Source: Candidatus Xenobia bacterium
Lineage (GTDB): Bacteria; Vulcanimicrobiota; Xenobia; Xenobiales; QWHO01
DNA: 29,677 nt
NCBI GenBank assembly: GCA_045863235.1
Contig: BTUM01000092.1
Location: forward strand, 1 to 29,677
Direction of reading: 5' to 3'
Positions within the stretch are counted from its first letter, which is position 1. Each line of letters begins with the position of its first letter. Under the pieces are notes generated by a model. It saw nothing but the letters and a program-made list of their open reading frames with translations. It did no database searches and had not been told where the DNA came from. Position numbers and translations under genes: made by a program. Shown here piece by piece: positions 25,207-29,677 of this stretch.

Positions 25207-25980
25207 TCAGACCACCGCTCCCCCGTCGACCGAGAGCACATGGCCGTTGACATAGCTCGCTTCGTCCGAGGCCAGCCAGAGATAGGCGTTGGCCACCTCC
25301 TCCGGCAGTCCCATGCGGCGCAGAGGCACCCGCTCGTAGATCTTCTCGGCCACTTTGTCGGGAATACCGGCTGTCATGCGGGTCTCGATGAACCCTGGAG
25401 CGACGGCGTTGACCCGAACCCCCTTGGGGCCGAGCTCACGGGCCCAGACCCTGGTCATGCCGATGACTCCCGACTTGGCGGCCACGTAGTTGGACTGGCC
25501 GAAGTTGCCGTAGAGCGCCACCACCGAGGAGGCGTTCAGGATGACTCCGCTGCCCTGCTCCACCATCCGGCGGGCCACCACCTGGGTGCAGGCGAAGACG
25601 GCCTTCAAGTTGACGTCGATGACGGCGTCGAAGTCGGCCTCGCTCATCTTGAGCAACTGGGCGTCGCGCACGATGCCGGCATTGTTGACCAGCACGTCCA
25701 GCCGCCCCCAGAATGAGACGATGCGGTCAAGCCCGGCCTCGATCGATTCGCGCGAGCTCACATCCAGCTCCAGGGCCAGTCCCTGCTCGCCCAGCTCATG
25801 GGCGACTTCCGAGGCCACCTGCAGGTCGACGTCCGCCACGGCCACGCGCGCGCCCTCCTGGGCGAAGCGGATGGCGGTGGCGCGGCCGATCCCGCGTCCT
25901 GCTCCGGTGATCAGGCAAACCTTGTCTTTCAGACGCATAGAACCCCGTTCTTCCAGGACAACCTGGTCTTGCAGTTGCAT
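25207..25980 (-). CDS. SDR reductase, 3-oxoacyl-ACP reductase FabG / acetoacetyl-CoA reductase PhaB type
   Basis: TGAGRGIG, NNAGIVRD, GNFGQSNYVAAK, VNAVAPGFIET. Start is ATG 25980 (GGAGG SD) or ATG 25938. Confidence 0.9.
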   Translation of the reverse strand: MQLQDQVVLEERGSMRLKDKVCLITGAGRGIGRATAIRFAQEGARVAVADVDLQVASEVAHELGEQGLALELDVSSRESIEAGLDRIVSFWGRLDVLVNNAGIVRDAQLLKMSEADFDAVIDVNLKAVFACTQVVARRMVEQGSGVILNASSVVALYGNFGQSNYVAAKSGVIGMTRVWARELGPKGVRVNAVAPGFIETRMTAGIPDKVAEKIYERVPLRRMGLPEEVANAYLWLASDEASYVNGHVLSVDGGAVV

Positions 25981-26029
25981 GGCTTTCAATCCTCCGCCCT
26001 CAAAGTAGGGGCGGGATGTTGCAAATGCG

Positions 26030-27037
26030 TTACTTCAGGATGTCGCGGGGAACCGAGAAGGTGAACTCGGCCACTCGGCCCTCGTTGGCCTCGGAGTTGC
26101 CGGGCACGGCCACCACCAGCTTGAGCTCCTTGCCGCCCTCGTCGCGCACCGCGAAGCTGCGGTCGACGATCTCGGCCAGGCCGTCGCCGTGGTCGAAGAG
26201 CGAGCCGGCCGGCACTTTGGCCAGCTCGCCCCGGATGCTGTTGAGCACGTGACCATGCTGACCCTGGCTGAGCAGCGAGCTGAGCAGGACCCGTTCGCCC
26301 GAGACGTGATCGAAAGTCATGAACTCGGCGGTCTGGTTGGGGCTGCCCCCGGTGTAGACGTCGGAGGTGACCGCGATGGAGGCCATGGTGGCAGCCCCGC
26401 CAGCCGGCCGGATGCTGGTCTTCACGTGCCAGTTCTCGCTGGCCTCGTCGGCGAACGAGTTCAGGTATTCGGGCATCAGGCCTTCGCGGGCGTCGTAGAC
26501 TTTGACGTCCTCGGTGCCGCCCCGGGCGATCAACTGGCCGCCCTCGTAAGTGAAGGTGAAGCCGTTGGCCTCAGCGCTCATCCGGTCGGACTTGAGCTGG
26601 ACATAATCGGCCGAGGGGCCGAAGCTGGTGGCCGACAGCTGGGTGTCAAAGCGGGCATTCTGCAGAGCCACGCCGTACTGGGCTTTCTGGACCTCGGTCT
26701 TGAGGTCGGTTTTGGCTTCTTTTTGCACCGTGACGGCTGCCACCGGGGCGGTGGCCTCGCGGGTGGGGCCGGCCATCGGGCCCAGCGTGGCGATCCCGAC
26801 CCCCAGCCCGGCCGTCAGGGCCAGGACTCCCAGCGCCCATCGCGGTACCCTGCGCTTCTCGGCCCCCTCGTTGCTGGCCGGAGGAACGTGAACGACAGGT
26901 GGCGCGGCGAACTCGCCGTTGGTCACGGTATCCTGCGGGCCCACCCCTCCGGTCGAGCCGGGAGGGGCTCCGTTTTGGAGGGTGGACCGGGTCACGCCCA
27001 CGTGAGGGCTGTGGAAGTTGAGGGGGGACGTGTTCAT
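26030..27037 (-). CDS. Single-pass membrane protein with an RsiV/PdaC-like (DUF3298-like) C-terminal domain
   Basis: TM helix WALGVLALTAGLGVGIATL. YTGGSPN...TFDHVSGERVLLSSLL resembles the YTGGAH...FDxxTGxxLxLxDL pattern. Start ATG 27037. Confidence 0.6.
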   Translation of the reverse strand: MNTSPLNFHSPHVGVTRSTLQNGAPPGSTGGVGPQDTVTNGEFAAPPVVHVPPASNEGAEKRRVPRWALGVLALTAGLGVGIATLGPMAGPTREATAPVAAVTVQKEAKTDLKTEVQKAQYGVALQNARFDTQLSATSFGPSADYVQLKSDRMSAEANGFTFTYEGGQLIARGGTEDVKVYDAREGLMPEYLNSFADEASENWHVKTSIRPAGGAATMASIAVTSDVYTGGSPNQTAEFMTFDHVSGERVLLSSLLSQGQHGHVLNSIRGELAKVPAGSLFDHGDGLAEIVDRSFAVRDEGGKELKLVVAVPGNSEANEGRVAEFTFSVPRDILK

Positions 27038-27074
27038 CTTGCTTTGTTCACCGCCACGGAAAGTCTTACCTGTG

Positions 27075-27096
27075 AAGTTAGCCGGGGCGGCTGAAA
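27075..27096 (-). promoter_or_regulatory. TTTCAG-N10-TAACTT promoter-like motif
   Basis: TTTCAG 27096-27091, TAACTT 27080-27075, 37 nt upstream of ATG 27037. Confidence 0.55.
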
Positions 27097-27101
27097 GAAG
27101 G

Positions 27102-28565
27102 CTAAAACTCGACCAGAACCCGGGGGGTGGAGTCCAGCGGCGTGGCCTGCCCCGGGCTGCCGGGGGCGAAGGGACGCGGAATGGCCGACCCCGGGCCGCC
27201 GGGCGCGAAGGCCAGCGGCACGGCCGGCCCCGAGTCGCCATCGGCCAGCGGTTTGGAGGCGGCCTCGATGGCCTGCTCGATCACCTTCTCGGGAACCCGC
27301 TGGGGGCTCTCGTCCGCCAGCACGTCGGCGATCCACTGCTGGCCCTGGCGGTCCGAGACCAGCGACTTGTGGTTGAGGTGCAGCACTGACTGGGCGATGA
27401 GCTCGGTGCCCCGAGGCATTTTCAGGGCGCTCTCGAGGTAGAGCAATCCGTCCGAGGGTCCGCCTTTCTCGTTGACGATCCCCTGGATGTCGGCCTTGTC
27501 CCCGGCCAGCACGGCTACCTGGATGCCAGGCAGGATGGGAGTCTTGTGCAGGCGCTCGACCAGGTTGCCGCCCTCGGCAATGTAGTGATCGATGCCCTTG
27601 GAGTAACTCACGAAGCCCTGGCCGCCTTCGTAGGTCGTGTGCCAGTCGGGCTCGCTCAAGGGCACGGGGAAGCGGTGGGCCCAGCGGGCCAGCATCTGGC
27701 GCTGGCCGGGCCAGTAATCGGGTCCTTCCGAGCTGAAACCCATGGCGCTGGTGTCGCGCATGCTCCCCCAGGCCACCATCCGCTCCCAGGACATGGGAGC
27801 GTTCAGACGGGGGCTGTCGGAGTCGCCATAAAGGACGTAGTTGGTGGAGGGATGGCGGAACATGGTGTCGATGCCGCCGTTGGGGGCCGCCACCAGCACC
27901 AGCCGGCGCACGTCGCCCTGGCTCCTGGCCATCCAGTCGTGGGCCACTCCCGAGCAGTACATGCGGGTGGCCTGCCCGCCTTTGCTATGACCGACCAGGT
28001 CGATCTGGGGTGCGCCGGTGAGAGCTCGGATGCGCTCGGAGGCGTTGGCGATCTGCTGGGCCCAGAAGAACTGATCGTCCTGGTTGTGGGCGAAGCTGAC
28101 CGCGTAGACCTGGAACCCCTGCTCGCGCAACAGCTGGGGCAGCCCCTGGTTGCTGCCGTCCTCTTTCGGATCCCACCAGAACTCGGCGCTCTTGCTGGCG
28201 CCGTGCACGAGTAGCACCGGAGTCGGCTTGACCGCCACCCCCGGAGGGGGGTCGCCCGCGTAGTGAAGCAGTGCATCGCCCGAGTGGGGCTTGTCGGTTC
28301 CGAAAGCGGCGATCACCTCGGGGCTGCGCTGGGTGGTGCGGGGGTGGAAGTTTCGCTGGATCAGGTTGGGGTTTCTGTCGCGCAACAGCTCGACCCAGCC
28401 GCCGTGACGGGAGGGGGAGCGCTTGACCACCTGCACGCGCTCGGTGGCAGCCGCCTGATCGCTCAGCATCACCTGGTCCGAAGGTCCAGAGGCGGGCGTG
28501 GCCGCCGCCGCCGCCGGACGGCGCAGGGAGAGCGTTGGGGGGAGGTGCACGGGGGAAACTTGCAT
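27102..28565 (-). CDS. Alpha/beta hydrolase (lipase/esterase, possibly a PHB depolymerase)
   Basis: PVLLVHGA, IDLVGHSKGG nucleophile elbow, APNGG, SDGLL and LNH. Low-complexity N-terminus. Confidence 0.8.
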   Translation of the reverse strand: MQVSPVHLPPTLSLRRPAAAAATPASGPSDQVMLSDQAAATERVQVVKRSPSRHGGWVELLRDRNPNLIQRNFHPRTTQRSPEVIAAFGTDKPHSGDALLHYAGDPPPGVAVKPTPVLLVHGASKSAEFWWDPKEDGSNQGLPQLLREQGFQVYAVSFAHNQDDQFFWAQQIANASERIRALTGAPQIDLVGHSKGGQATRMYCSGVAHDWMARSQGDVRRLVLVAAPNGGIDTMFRHPSTNYVLYGDSDSPRLNAPMSWERMVAWGSMRDTSAMGFSSEGPDYWPGQRQMLARWAHRFPVPLSEPDWHTTYEGGQGFVSYSKGIDHYIAEGGNLVERLHKTPILPGIQVAVLAGDKADIQGIVNEKGGPSDGLLYLESALKMPRGTELIAQSVLHLNHKSLVSDRQGQQWIADVLADESPQRVPEKVIEQAIEAASKPLADGDSGPAVPLAFAPGGPGSAIPRPFAPGSPGQATPLDSTPRVLVEF

Positions 28566-28605
28566 GACGCTGAGAGCATCCTACCCCGCCTGCTCCTCGG
28601 TCGTC

Positions 28606-28620
28606 TTAACAGCTTGTTAA
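28606..28620. promoter_or_regulatory. Operator-like palindrome TTAACA-N3-TGTTAA
   Basis: Perfect AT-rich 6-3-6 inverted repeat about 40 bp upstream of the hydrolase start, with TAGGAT downstream. Confidence 0.5.
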
Positions 28621-28699
28621 AGTCCCTTCGGACTTGGAGTGGGTGGAGGTCGTCACGGACGACCGGCGTCATCCCAAAGAGTAACAATCCGGCCTCTCG

Positions 28700-29677
28700 T
28701 CAGGGCAGGTGCAGGCGCAGCCACTCCGGCAGGTACTGGAGGTAACCGTGAACCTCGAGCCAGTCTGCGATCTCGTGACCGAACAGGGAGTAGCTTCCTC
28801 CGGCTACCAGCGTGCCCAGAAAGAGAACCAGGAGAAAACAGCCCGCAACGGAGCCTTTCTTGCGTCGAGCGGGATGGTCTTGCTCATCGTCGAGGTGGTC
28901 GGTGTAGGAGTCATACTCGGCTCGGCGGCGGCGCGCGGGAGCAGGCCCCTGGGACTCCGCCTTGCGGCTGGGCGAGCGTGGAGGCAGAACCTTGCTCCAT
29001 GAGTCGATCACTTCGACCGGCTCTTCATCCACCCGAGCGTTGCTCAGGAAGGGAGTCTCCAGGACAGGCTCATCGAGCCAATCGTCGGGCTCGTCCGGCT
29101 CTGGCTCGGGCTGCGGCACGGGAGGTGGTTGTGCATCGCGTTTGGGCACTCGGGCCAACTCCAGCTTGGCCGGCCCGGGAGCCGGCTCGGGGGGCGACGG
29201 CGGCCAGCTCGAGGCAGCCGTTCGAGGCTCGAGCTTCAAGGCTGGCTCGGGCTTGGGGGGCGGCTCGGGTGGGCGCAGCGCCGGCGGTGGTGTGGCCAGG
29301 TCGATCTTGGGGGCCAGCGACGGCGGGGGTGTTGGAGGCGGTGGGGGTGGCGGTGGCTCAGGCCGGGTCAGCGGCTCGAGGGGAGGCGGGGGCAGGCTCA
29401 GATCGATCTTGGGGGGCGGGACGCTCAGGTCGATGCGTGAGGCATAGGAAGACTGTACCGGGCGGGACTCGACCCGGGGCCCGAGCGGCGGCAAGGCCGG
29501 GGGGAGCGGCGCGTCCAGGGGACCAACCGGCTGGGCAGGCCAGACTGGCGCGGGAGGGGGAAGCGGGCTTGGCTCGGGAGGGGCCGGGGGCCAACCTTGC
29601 TGGGGTGGAGACGGCGCAGCCTGGGCCGGAGGGGGCCAGCCTGGAGCGGCAGCCGGCGGGGGAAGAGGCGCAGCCTG
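28700..29677 (-). CDS. 5'-truncated proline-rich protein with a C-terminal TM helix
   Basis: The frame is open from the window end to TGA at 28700. WPP repeats, three (R/K)IDL(S/A)xPPP repeats, and RRKKG followed by a hydrophobic helix. Confidence 0.75.
   Translation of the reverse strand, partial: QAAPLPPPAAAPGWPPPAQAAPSPPQQGWPPAPPEPSPLPPPAPVWPAQPVGPLDAPLPPALPPLGPRVESRPVQSSYASRIDLSVPPPKIDLSLPPPPLEPLTRPEPPPPPPPPTPPPSLAPKIDLATPPPALRPPEPPPKPEPALKLEPRTAASSWPPSPPEPAPGPAKLELARVPKRDAQPPPVPQPEPEPDEPDDWLDEPVLETPFLSNARVDEEPVEVIDSWSKVLPPRSPSRKAESQGPAPARRRRAEYDSYTDHLDDEQDHPARRKKGSVAGCFLLVLFLGTLVAGGSYSLFGHEIADWLEVHGYLQYLPEWLRLHLP

Noticed and set aside
27140..27232. 39-bp-period imperfect duplication (FAPG(G/S)PG twice) at the hydrolase C-terminus
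   Set aside because: An ordinary low-complexity tail, unrelated to the palindromic element.

Overview
GC-rich bacterial genomic DNA with about 30 supportable CDSs. I found no rRNA, tRNA, CRISPR array, transposase or integrase. The gene style suggests a Terrabacteria lineage such as Ca. Eremiobacterota (Vulcanimicrobiota); this is inference only. The main contents are two paralogous type IV pilus/T2SS cassettes (PilC/GspF plus pilin-like genes, each downstream of a kinase gene), a PHA storage cluster (phaC, PhaE-like subunit, phasin-like protein), a diguanylate cyclase, several hydrolases, comF, a wecG/NTP-transferase pair, surE and a FabG/PhaB-type reductase. Four signals stand out. (1) A near-identical ~70-bp palindromic REP/MITE-like element sits in frame inside the cleavable leader peptide of two different prepilin genes 18 kb apart. 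(2) Two unrelated proteins share a C-terminal tag, I.E..G[WY][LI][LI]VGG.RV.RR. (3) An unusual promoter-like motif, TTTCAG-N10-TAnnnT-like, precedes four genes, including both tagged proteins and two with MQ/MN low-complexity N-termini, which suggests a co-regulated set of exported proteins. (4) Signalling fusions are linked to the pilus cassettes: GAF-PilC and a degenerate-GGDEF histidine kinase. All family calls come from reading motifs, not from database searches.
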